DNA from: Diplonema japonicum
Taxonomy: Eukaryota > Protista > Euglenozoa: Diplonemea
NCBI GenBank assembly: GCA_964019335.1
Contig: OZ025663.1
Location: 620,001-684,000 of the forward strand
DNA: 64,000 nt
Direction of reading: 5' to 3'
In this document: positions 45,844 to 56,154 of the stretch, in pieces
Numbering within the stretch: the first letter of the stretch is position 1
Layout: each line of letters starts with the position of its first letter
The notes under the pieces: generated by a model
What the model was told of the DNA's origin: nothing
What the model saw: only the letters and a program-made list of their open reading frames with translations
Database searches by the model: none
Program-made: the position numbers and the translations under genes

Positions 45844-48800
45844 ATGTCAGTTCATGGGAAAGTTAGTTCAGAGACCGGGGATCTTGCGTTTGAGCCACCG
45901 GAGGTGAGCAAGATGAGGAAGAGCTTTGACAACTATGCAGACCTTCGAAGTGTTGAGATGATAGATATACACGCTGACAAACACATGGAGAAGATGTTGC
46001 GCGACAAGCTAGCGCTTCATCACAGATCGCTCTTCATCTTCAGCAAGGATAATAAAATACGCGTTTTTGTTTTCCGGCTGACCCACCACAGGCTGTTTGA
46101 GGCATTGGTTATCATTCTGATCTTTGCAAACTGCTTCTTTCTCGCAATGGATGACCCCACGAAGTCCGAATCAGAGCAGCCCCCTTACTTGCTACACATG
46201 GAGTATTTCTTCACTGCTGTGTTTGCCTTCGAGATGTGCCTCAAGGTCTTCGGACAGGGCTTTGTCCTCCATGAGGGGAGCTACCTTCGGAACGGGTGGA
46301 ATGTTCTTGACTTCTTCATCGTCACGCTGTCCTTTCTCGCCTTCCTGCCTTTCTTCGGGAACTACTCTGCCATCCGTATGCTTCGCGTCCTCCGCCCGCT
46401 ACGGTCGATCAACGGCATCCAAGGTCTCAAGAACATTGTGAACGGTCTTCTTTACAGCGTCAAGAAGCTTGTCAACGTTCTTGCCCTGGGCGCCTTCCTT
46501 TTCTTCATTTTCGGCATCATCGGTGTGCAGCTGTGGGCCGGCCTCTTCCAGTTCCGCTGCCAGGAGTGCTACCGCGGTGACGGCGAGCGATGCACCGCCG
46601 GGAACGAGACTGACGAGGGCCAGCTCCTGATGCTCCCCAACGTGTCCCTCTACGACCCGCCTCGTTACTGCAAACGCGGTGCCACCTCCGACGGCTTCAA
46701 CTCCATCTGGGGACGGCCCTGCGAAGAAGGCTACGTTTGCGTCGACACCGACGAGAACCCGAACTACGGGTATACCAGCTTCGACTACATCGGTGCAGCA
46801 TTCCTAGCCATATTCCAGTGCATCACAATGGAAGGCTGGACGGATATTATGTACATAGTGCAAGACGTGTGGGGCAACCTGGGGTGGATATACTTCGTCA
46901 TGCTGGTGGTGCTGGGCTCCTTCTTCGTCCTGAACCTCGCGCTTGCCGTCATCAACGAGCAGTTCAACACCATCCGTGCCGAGACTGAAAAGGAGCACCA
47001 GGAAGCTATCGAGAGGATGAAGGGTGCCCTTGCTCTGGCGCAGGCAACGCTTGGGGGGGACAACATCTCCGTCGGTGACGCGCTGTACGTGAGGGACATG
47101 CCGTCTGACCCGTGGAGGCTGGGCATCGTGTCGGGCTTCATCGATGCAGATCCCGTTGTGAAGACGGGGGATGGGTTCGAAAAGGTGTGGTTCATGTACC
47201 AGCTGCAAGATGAGGAGGAAATGACAGACGTGACAGACGATGTCGAGATGGAAGACAAGGCGAGTCAGGTGCTTGGTCAAAGTGGCATCGCCAGTGAGTG
47301 CAGGCATAGTGTTAACCGCCGTGAAAGCCAACGCATCAGCTTCGTTCCTAAGGAGCGCAAGAGTGTCATAGTAGTGGAAAAGAAACGCGGTCCCTTGATG
47401 CAAGTATGGCTCAAGCTGCGCTGGACATGCTTTTGGATCGTAAAGTGGCGGTACTTCCAGCCGTTCATCATCACCTGCATCGTCGTCAACACCGCGCTGC
47501 TGGCAAGTGAACACCACCAACAGCCACGGCAGCTCACCAAGTTCCTTGACACGGCCAACGTGGTGCTCACCATGATCTTCACGGTGGAAATGCTGCTCAA
47601 GCTGCTCGCTTCTGGCTTCAAGGGTTATGTCGAAGACCCTTTCAATGTACTGGACGGTGCGGTGGTCATAATGTCTATCGTTGAGTTTGCCTTCTCCGGG
47701 TCTTCTACTGTAAGCGTTTTCAGAGCGCTCCGTCTTCTGAGGGTCTTCAAGCTTTTGAAAAACTTCCCAGGCCTGCGCAAACTCATCACCGTGTGCCTGA
47801 GCGCCATACGCGACACAGGATACCTCAACAGTATCATCTTGTTGTACATCTTTATCGCAGCTTTGGTTGGGATGCAGTTTTTTGGGGGAAAGTTCTATTT
47901 TCCAGACAGGGACGAACCGAAGCCTCGTGCGACCTTCGACTCATTCTACTGGTCCTTTTTGAGTGTTTTTCAGATTTTGACACGAGACGATTGGGTGGTT
48001 ATCATGTGGGATGCCATGCTCGGAGTGGGCAGTGCTTCTTGCATGTACTTTCTGGTGCTTGTGGTGTGTGGGGATTTCCTCATCCTGAACCTGTTCCTTG
48101 CCATTCTCATCCAGTCTTTTGACTCCTCAATGAGTAGTAACGTAGAGGACGACTGTGGGACTGAATCAGACGACGAGGTGGCACCACCCGAAGCACCAAA
48201 CAGGGAAGACCGCAAGAGGCAGTCGTTGATGTCAAACCCTGTCATGAAGCGCGCTTCCGTGTTGTTCAACATCATCAATAAAGAGGACATGCAAAAGCAA
48301 TCCGTGAAAGACATCAAGGTGTCTTTGAAGCAGCACAACTCATGGGTTCACCTTCAGCATCAGCAGGCTGCGTACCGTCGTGCCTCGATGCTTGAGAACA
48401 ACGATCTTATGGATGAGAATAAAACGGAGGAGTCGGAGTCTTTCGTGAACAACATCGCACCCCTTCCGACGGCGGGCACGCCCAGGTCAAGGAGGTCTTC
48501 TATCTTTGAGGACATGTCGGGCCCTTTCTTTTCGAGCTTCTACCGCGGGGTTTCGATCCCGTTGCCGCCCAAGATGGGTTTCATCGAGTACTGCAACGAA
48601 TGCGGCGATACTTATATGAACACACACGAAGAAGCGAAGGAGGCCCACATCAACATCTGCTCTCTCGTGCAGCTGCGGAAGTTACGCCAGCATCGCGTCC
48701 GAGAGGTTTTCTTCAGCATGCGCGAGGTCGGATACACAACACGGGTGAGGAACGAGAAAGCATTAGGCATGCTCTGGGAGGTAGGGCTGCTGTTAGACCA

Positions 48801-51632
48801 AACGCTTGAAGAATGGGGATATCTCACCATCACAGATGTGTGTCAGATTTTAGACGAGCAGAACAAGGTCTTGCAGCTACGCATCGGCGAAGAGGTGGTC
48901 GGGGGGTCTCTGGTCAACTTCGTCACGGCGAACAAGCCAAGGTTGTACAAGACAAACGGTGGCAACTCGTTATGCCTGTTTGGCGAGAGTAACTGGTTCC
49001 GGTTGATGGTTTGCAAGATTGTAAAGGATCCTCGGTTTGAAAACCTTATTCTGGTGTGCATCATTGTCTCGTCGTTGCTGATGGCGATGGAGAACCCAAG
49101 GCAGGATCTGTCGGGCACGACTCTGGGCGATTTCCTGTATGTTAACAACATGCTATTCACGTCTATCTTTGTCGTGGAGATGATGCTGAAGCTAGTTGCG
49201 TTCGGACTGATCTTCGGCAAGTCTCACCCCGACTCCCCCTACTTACGCGATTCGTGGAACATCATGGATGGTATTATTGTGATTGTCTCTGTGCTATCCA
49301 TCGCACTAGCTTCGTCCACCTCAAATTTGTCGTTTCTCAAGGTGTTCCGTACCTTCAGGGCGCTGAGGCCCCTTCGTGTCATCTCGAGGAATGTTGGCCT
49401 CCGTATGGTAGTCATCACCCTCATGCAGTCCATGTGGGGGATTGGTAATGTCGCAGTCATTTCTCTGTTGGTGTTCTTGGTTTTTGGAATTCTTGGTGTT
49501 CAATTGCTAGCGGGAAAGCTTTACTACTGCACTGACACCACCATCAACTTCCAAGAAGCTTGCTACGGTTGGTACGTGGACCCTTCGACGGAGGAGCTGG
49601 TGATGAGGATGTGGAAGAACAAGTCTAGACAGCACTTCGACAACATCTTCAGGTCACTTCTCACCCTGTTTGAAATCTCTACGTTGGAGCTATGGAGCAC
49701 CATCATGTACGAGTCGCTAGATGCTGTAAACAAACGGGAGGCCCCGAGGAGAGATAACAACATGTTTTACGGAATCTTTTTCGTGGCCTTTGTCATCGTG
49801 GGTGCATTCTTCATTTTGAACCTTTTTGTCGGTGTCGTGATTCACAACTACAACGAGGTCAAGGTGAAGGAGGACGGTCTGCATTTCCTTTCTGAGGAGC
49901 AGAAGCTTTGGATCGAGACACAGCGCATGATGCTCAATTTCAAGCCGATTGTCAAGATGCGGGTCCCCCAAAGCGAGAACAGGAAGAATGTGTACTACAG
50001 CATCAGAACACCATACTTCGAGCTCACCATCGGTGTCTGCGTCTTTCTCAATGTCCTCTTGATGTCTTTTGAGTATCACGACATGCCCCCCAACTTCAGG
50101 TTTGTGTTGGAAGTGGGCAACTACTTCTTCTCGGGCGTCTTCTTCATAGAAGCATCAATGAAAATCATCGCCTACGGGCTGTCGTACTTCAAGGACCCTT
50201 GGAACAGGTTTGATTTCTTCTTGGTTCTGCTCTCGATGCTGGACGTGTTTTTGGCGGTGTTTCGAAGCACAGGACTGCCCGTGAACACGTCTCTACTGCG
50301 TGTGTTTAAGATTTTCAGGATAATGAGAATCCTACGACTTGTGAAGGCGGCGAAAGATGTCCGGGTGCTGCTCGAGACGGTGTGGTACTCCTTGCCGTCT
50401 ATCGCAAACATCGGAGGCTTTCTTGGTCTCCTATTCTTCATCTACGGCATTCTTGGTGTGAACCTCTTCGCGCAGGTGAAACAGGGCGAGTACCTCACGT
50501 ATCACGCCAACTTCGAGACCTTCCCGAACGCCATCCTGCTGCTGTTCAGGATGGTGACCGGCGAGAACTGGAACGGAGTGATGCACGACACAATGGTCAC
50601 AGCACCCGACTGTGGTAACGATACACGGTGGAACGACTGTGGTGACCCCGAAACCGCTCCTTTGTATTATGTGTCTTTCTTGCTGATGGCAGGTTTCGTT
50701 CTCACCAACCTGTTTGTTGCCATCATCCTGGATAACTTCGGGACAACCATGCAGCTGGAGAAGAGCGAACTGCGTCTCAACGACCTACACAGGTTTATCG
50801 AGATCTGGGCGGACTTCGACCCAACTGCGGAACTCACTATCCGCACCCTGCTGCTGCCAACCTTCTTGGAGAGGCTCGGCCCGCCGTTGGGTATTTCTAG
50901 AAGAACGTCACGTGTTGAGATCCTTAAAAGAACGCGGAACTACTGCATCCCGGAGCATGGAGGGGTTATCCACTTCATCGAGACGATCATCCCCCTTGCG
51001 AGGCATTGCATGAATGAGAAGTGGCAGGACTCAACAGAGCACAAAGACCTGCGCGACCAAGAAGATTCATGGCGGCAAGCATTCCCTGATATCAATGACT
51101 TGCCTGTGCTGAGGGTAAGGCAGAGGCGAGCCACCGTTGACCATTACTTTGCATCAACTTACATTGCAGCAGCATACAGACGGCGACGGGCACGGGAGGT
51201 AGTTTACAAGATGCGTGTCGCAAGAAACTACGAACTGACTGGGTTCTACCTCACACAAGTATGGTTTTACTAATGAAGACACCACTACAGGTGAAGATCT
51301 GGGGCTGCTTACCCAACGGTACCTACGCAGTAGAAGACTTCGAAGAGTTCATCAAGCTGCCGAAGCCTGATGACGAGGGAGTAGAAAGAATGCGAAAGAG
51401 GGCTATTCGGGGGTTTGTCAGCACGCACAGCCTACCATCATACGTCCAGGACAAGCTCGTTGAAGCACCTGCCGACATCTCCTTTGTCGTGATCTCTGAC
51501 TTGCTGCGCACTAAATACGTCACCCCTGCTATTGTTTATTCCAGCATTACAGATGCTGATATTGCTGCAGGCAACACAAACGCGTGCAGAAATGTGAAGG
51601 CAGAATCATCTAATTGCCAAGAAGTTAAATAA
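45844..51632 (+). CDS. Four-domain voltage-gated Ca2+ channel alpha subunit, ~1918 aa, 2 exons
   Basis: Four 6-TM repeats with S4 (RMLRVLRPLRSI, RALRLLRVFKLLK, KVFRTFRALRPLRVI, RVFKIFRIMRILRLVK). Pore loops TMEGW/TRDDW/TLELW/TGENW. EF-hand-like WADFDPTA and IQ-like ASTYIAAAYRRRR. 32-nt intron 51259-51290. Confidence 0.95.
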
Positions 51633-51865
51633 ATAATCTAAACTCGCCCCCTCTTCTTTACCAAGAAGAGTAAACGTTGCACTTACATCTACTTTGTTGC
51701 CTTCTATTTATCCTTTTATTTTCGTATTTTCATCATTCGAGCGCAAACGATTCTAGCAGCTCGCCACTCTGGGATGAACCTGTCTATAGTATTCAGAGCC
51801 GTCTCAAGAAACATAGAAATAATAGTTCCCGGTATTACCAATACAGCGATCACGAACACAGCAAA

Positions 51866-53209
51866 ATGGAAGTGTCCCTCAAAGTGCAAGTGATTAGAAA
51901 CGGTGAGGTCGTGCAGAACAGGAGGATCAGGTTGTGCAACCCGACTTTCGCAGTAGTAAGCAGGGTGGTGAGTGCGTGGGTGCCTGGCGAAACGGTTCTA
52001 AAGTACATCGACGATGAAGACGATGAGGTGACGATGGACACTGAGGGAGAGTGGATAGAGTGTCTCAAGGTCTGTGGGGCACTCCCTGCTATAAAGATCA
52101 GGGTGCACAAGAGTTCCAGCAAGTGTCGCCCTGACCCCCTGCCGGCCGTGGAGGTCTCCTCCTACCGAAGCGGGCTTGGTGGGAAATGTGATAACTGCAA
52201 CTTCACCGTTACAGGCATCACATCGGGGCACTGCTGCAGGAAGTGCATGATGCACCCGGGAAACCACGGCCCCAGGTGCAAGGCAACACCCTACACAGAG
52301 CCTGAGCAGAAAGAGGTTGAAGGCAAGCAGGAAGTGGTGTTCGCATACCTCCGTCAGCAGCACGGCTTCGACATCCTCAAGAAGCTGCTTACAGGAGATA
52401 TCACGCCAGCTGAGCTGAAGTACGACACGTGGCTCACGGTGCGGCCCTGCGGTGGGGACGTAGAGCTCGATGTCACCATCAACGAGTTCTCGCAACACCT
52501 ATTCAGCACAGGGCTTCAGCTCATGAACACCGCAGACTACGCGGGGGCACAGCTGTGCTTCCACAACGTAACTCTCATCGATGAGGACTGCGCCCTTGCG
52601 TACTACAACAGTGCGTGCTGCGAAGCGCTTCTCAACAATCAGCAGGCGGCGGTGGCGCTTCTCCACAAGTCGGTGGAGCATGGCTACACCGACCGCAAGT
52701 TCATGGCGGCTGACGATGACTTGATCGCGTTGAGGGGACTGCCGGAGTTCCTTGATCTTTGTGAGGAGCCTGTTGAGAGTGAAGAACCCGCGAAGGAGAG
52801 CACGAAGCGGAGGAAGAAGAAGTCACCGAAGAAGATGAAGTGTGAGACGGAGGGTTGCGAGGGGTTTGCGCGCTCGAGGGCCCACGGGTACTGCTGCAAG
52901 AGCTGCTGGAAGCACAAGGGGGCGAAGCATGGTAAGTCGTGCAAGGTGGGGTGTGAACGTGTCGGAACGGCTGTGACACAGACACAAGAGGTGCCAATCT
53001 TGACTGAGACGACGGCTTTCCTGGACATCCCGCCTGTTGAGATCACACAGCAGGTGGAACCTGTAGAGCACACTGAGGTCATTCCTGTGTACGACACGCA
53101 GCTGACGACCCTTGCCGACCTTGGCTTCCCTGCTAGCGAGGCTACTATTGCCCTCCTCGACGCGCACGCTGGCGACATCCACAAGGTCATCAATGCCCTG
53201 CTGTGCTGA
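51866..53209 (+). CDS. PB1 - Cys/His motif - TPR - Cys/His motif - UBA protein (p62/NBR1-like architecture)
   Basis: PB1 with basic K/RR and acidic OPCA motif LKYIDDEDDEVTM; TPR AYYNSACCEALLNNQQAAVALLHKSVEHGY; C-terminal UBA QLTTLADLGF...LLDAHAGDIHKVINALL. Confidence 0.8.
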   Translation: MEVSLKVQVIRNGEVVQNRRIRLCNPTFAVVSRVVSAWVPGETVLKYIDDEDDEVTMDTEGEWIECLKVCGALPAIKIRVHKSSSKCRPDPLPAVEVSSYRSGLGGKCDNCNFTVTGITSGHCCRKCMMHPGNHGPRCKATPYTEPEQKEVEGKQEVVFAYLRQQHGFDILKKLLTGDITPAELKYDTWLTVRPCGGDVELDVTINEFSQHLFSTGLQLMNTADYAGAQLCFHNVTLIDEDCALAYYNSACCEALLNNQQAAVALLHKSVEHGYTDRKFMAADDDLIALRGLPEFLDLCEEPVESEEPAKESTKRRKKKSPKKMKCETEGCEGFARSRAHGYCCKSCWKHKGAKHGKSCKVGCERVGTAVTQTQEVPILTETTAFLDIPPVEITQQVEPVEHTEVIPVYDTQLTTLADLGFPASEATIALLDAHAGDIHKVINALLC

Positions 53210-54114
53210 GCAGTTTTGCAGAACACGAAAAGGTTCATTGTACTACTATTGTGGGGTGCATACGTGCCGTCGGACCACCGATGGCTTGCTGAGCTATTTC
53301 CTGTTCTTACTTTTTTATTTTTATTTCCGTTTTAAAGGGAGAGGGGGGTCGTCAAAAGAGGCGTTCCCCTTAAAACTCCTTTTTATTTTACTTTATTTCA
53401 TTAGTGCTCATCTTTCTTTTTTTTTCTCTTTCTTTTTTATATTTCTCCTTTTCTTTTTTGCATTCTTTTTGCAATGGCAGTCAAATCTAACCGTGCACGC
53501 CTTGAGGAAACAAAAAAAAAACACAAATTACTCCCCTATCCCATTCTTGCCCTGCCTTGTTCCTCCGTCTTTTCCCCCTCTTCGTACATAAAAAGACATT
53601 TATTCTGAGATCCCCCCCCTCTCACCTTTTCTGCCATCCCCTGCACACACACTTTTTCTTTTGAGTCGTTTATTTTCATTCCTGCCACTCCTCCCTTTGG
53701 TTTCCCTGGCCTTTCCCTCCCGCAGTCTTCTATTTCTCCCTCACCTGTTTCATATACTTTTTATTATTTTTTGAGTACTGTAAAGCCGATGAGATTCGCA
53801 CGCTATAAATACCCGAACCCTTAATTCCGAGCTCTGAGCGCTTTTCGGGAGCACAGCAGGCTGGAAATACCACAGATTTCGTCTGTTTTGTCGAGGTTTT
53901 CTAATCGTTCCCTTTCTGTTAATCTAGATGCAGGTACAACCCAGGAATACTATCACCCTTTTCATCACTACTGGTGCTAGAAGGTCTCATTAGAACGTCC
54001 CGCTTCCCAGCCTAAACTGAGAAGGATGATGGCAAAGGCGAAGAACACCGGCGTTTTTTTCCCGTTAGGTTTTAGGTCCAGATTCCATTCTCCTTGAGTT
54101 CAAATAGGTAGAAC

Positions 54115-54711
54115 ATGACATTCGTGCTTCCTAGAGCCGATGAGCGAGAGCAGTCCTTCCACCCAGATCTGGTAGTGGTGGATGATGATGAGGATTTACC
54201 TCCGCCGCCAGTGAGAGTGGGGGAGTGCGCAGAGATCAGAGCAAAAAAGGCGGAGCAGAGGGTGAGGGAGTTGGAAGATGAGTTGAGAAGGGTTGTTGTG
54301 CCTCCTGTACCGCCTGTGAAGAGGCAGCGTAGCATCCCTGCACCGGTGGATCTGCAGCAGCAGCTTCAAGTTGAGAAGGAAGCGCACGATGCGCTACGTG
54401 GGCGGTTCGCGTACCTTGTTTCTGATACACAAGCAAAGCTTCAGATGATAAAGAAGGAGTTCGACCAGAAGGAACAAGAGAACCAACACCTTCGCAGGCT
54501 TATTCAGGAACTGCAGCAGGACGCTCAGCAGCGGAAACGGCTGCGAACATCTTCCTCCTCCGCCAACTCAACCCCTTCTACACCCGCAGCGTCGACGACA
54601 CCAAAGCGGCGTGTAGGTAGCCGCACGCGAAGGGTATCTGCTGCATCGGCACCCACACCTGGCTTTGGGTTCTCAGACATACCAGGGTGGCACAGAGGGC
54701 AGGAGATGTAA
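54115..54711 (+). CDS. Hypothetical coiled-coil protein, 198 aa
   Basis: ATG-initiated ORF with heptad segments and a basic/Ser-rich tail. Confidence 0.6.
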   Translation: MTFVLPRADEREQSFHPDLVVVDDDEDLPPPPVRVGECAEIRAKKAEQRVRELEDELRRVVVPPVPPVKRQRSIPAPVDLQQQLQVEKEAHDALRGRFAYLVSDTQAKLQMIKKEFDQKEQENQHLRRLIQELQQDAQQRKRLRTSSSSANSTPSTPAASTTPKRRVGSRTRRVSAASAPTPGFGFSDIPGWHRGQEM

Positions 54712-54871
54712 TTACTATTCCGTGAACAAAGCCCCCTTTTAAACCCCCTTTTTTTTTTGTAATAGAATTAGAACTTTTGATAAATGACGAATGTTGCACC
54801 TCTTTTTCTTCTCTTCGTATTCCCTCCCTCTCCCCCTTCCCCTTCATGAGCGGTTTACTCCAGGAACTGGG

Positions 54872-55598
54872 ATGAGTGACGAAACCGAGGAGCTTCTAGC
54901 ACTAACATGCAAGAAGAACATATCGCTGAAATGTGAGCTGCAGGAAGCACAGGCGACAAAGGAAGCCTACGTGATTAAGCTCAAGGAGAAGACGAGGGTA
55001 GCAAAGGAGTATGAACGGGGGAACAAGGAGATGAGGGGGAAGGTGGCGGAGCTTGAGGCGGAGCTGGGAAAGGCAGAAAGCATGAACAGCAAGCTGGAGG
55101 ATAAGATACAAGAGTTTCTGAGAGAGAAGGAATTCAATGCGGTGGAAGAGGTGGCGGAGGCGCAGGACATCATAGAGGAGATGAAACGGCAGGAGGAGCG
55201 ATACAAGGTGAGGCTGCAGCAGTTGGAGGCGAAGGACGAAGAAATCCGACAGCTAAAGGAGATCATCACCAACATGCAAGCGCGGAGCCCTTCAAGGGAG
55301 CTGCCCACTGACGAGAGGGTCACGATGCTCGAGGGAGAGAACGCTCGCCTCGTTGCACTCGTGATGGAAATGAAGAAAACAGAAGCAGAGAACATGAACC
55401 AGCAAACAGAACACGAGAAGAAGATGAAAACACTCAACCTTCCCACTGCCACGTCACCACCCCCACCGCTTCCGTTGTTCACCCCACGAGGTCATAAGCC
55501 CTCTCCAAGCTTGGAGGTACGAAAAACACAAAACGAAACCACCAGCCACACAGGATCGCTTCAAGAAGTTCGTGAAAAAGAAGAAGGCTGGGGAATAA
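54872..55598 (+). CDS. Hypothetical coiled-coil protein, ~229 aa, 2 exons
   Basis: E/K-rich heptads. Probable intron 55517-55553 (GTACG...CACACAG) gives the end DRFKKFVKKKKAGE*. Confidence 0.62.
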
Positions 55599-56154
55599 GG
55601 GTTTTTTTATTAATAAACTAAATAAATAAAAGAAGACTGAGAAGAGAAGAAAAAAAAAAAGACTTTCTTAACCCTTAGAAAACTGGAGGAGGGAAAAAAA
55701 AAACCTGAAAGGTTTTACTGAATTGAGATCAAGACCTCGATCATGCAACCACAGGAAAGCACTGTATGTAGTTGCTCGGAATGCATAAAGAGGGGAAAGG
55801 AAGAAAGAGTTTCTTTGTCTACAAACAGGCCCCTGGAGAGAAAGAGAGAGAGCAACTGTGTTCTATAAGATATTTAAAATGGAATGTAAAGACACCCAGT
55901 TGGGTTGAAGACCGAAGTTAGTGTTACAGAGCACCGAGTTTATCCAAAGTGCCCATACAAAGGTTTTTAGTTGCTGGTAGGCCAGATCCGTCTTCTAAGG
56001 GTTAAAATAATTTCTTTTTTTTCTTTTTCTTTTTCTTTTTCACTCTCACTCACCCGGCCTTCCCACCACTTCTTAATTGAATGATCGAAGGCAGTACGAC
56101 TTTTTCGTATTTCATTATGGCTTCTGGAGACCTCACCGCATCACAAGTGCCACA

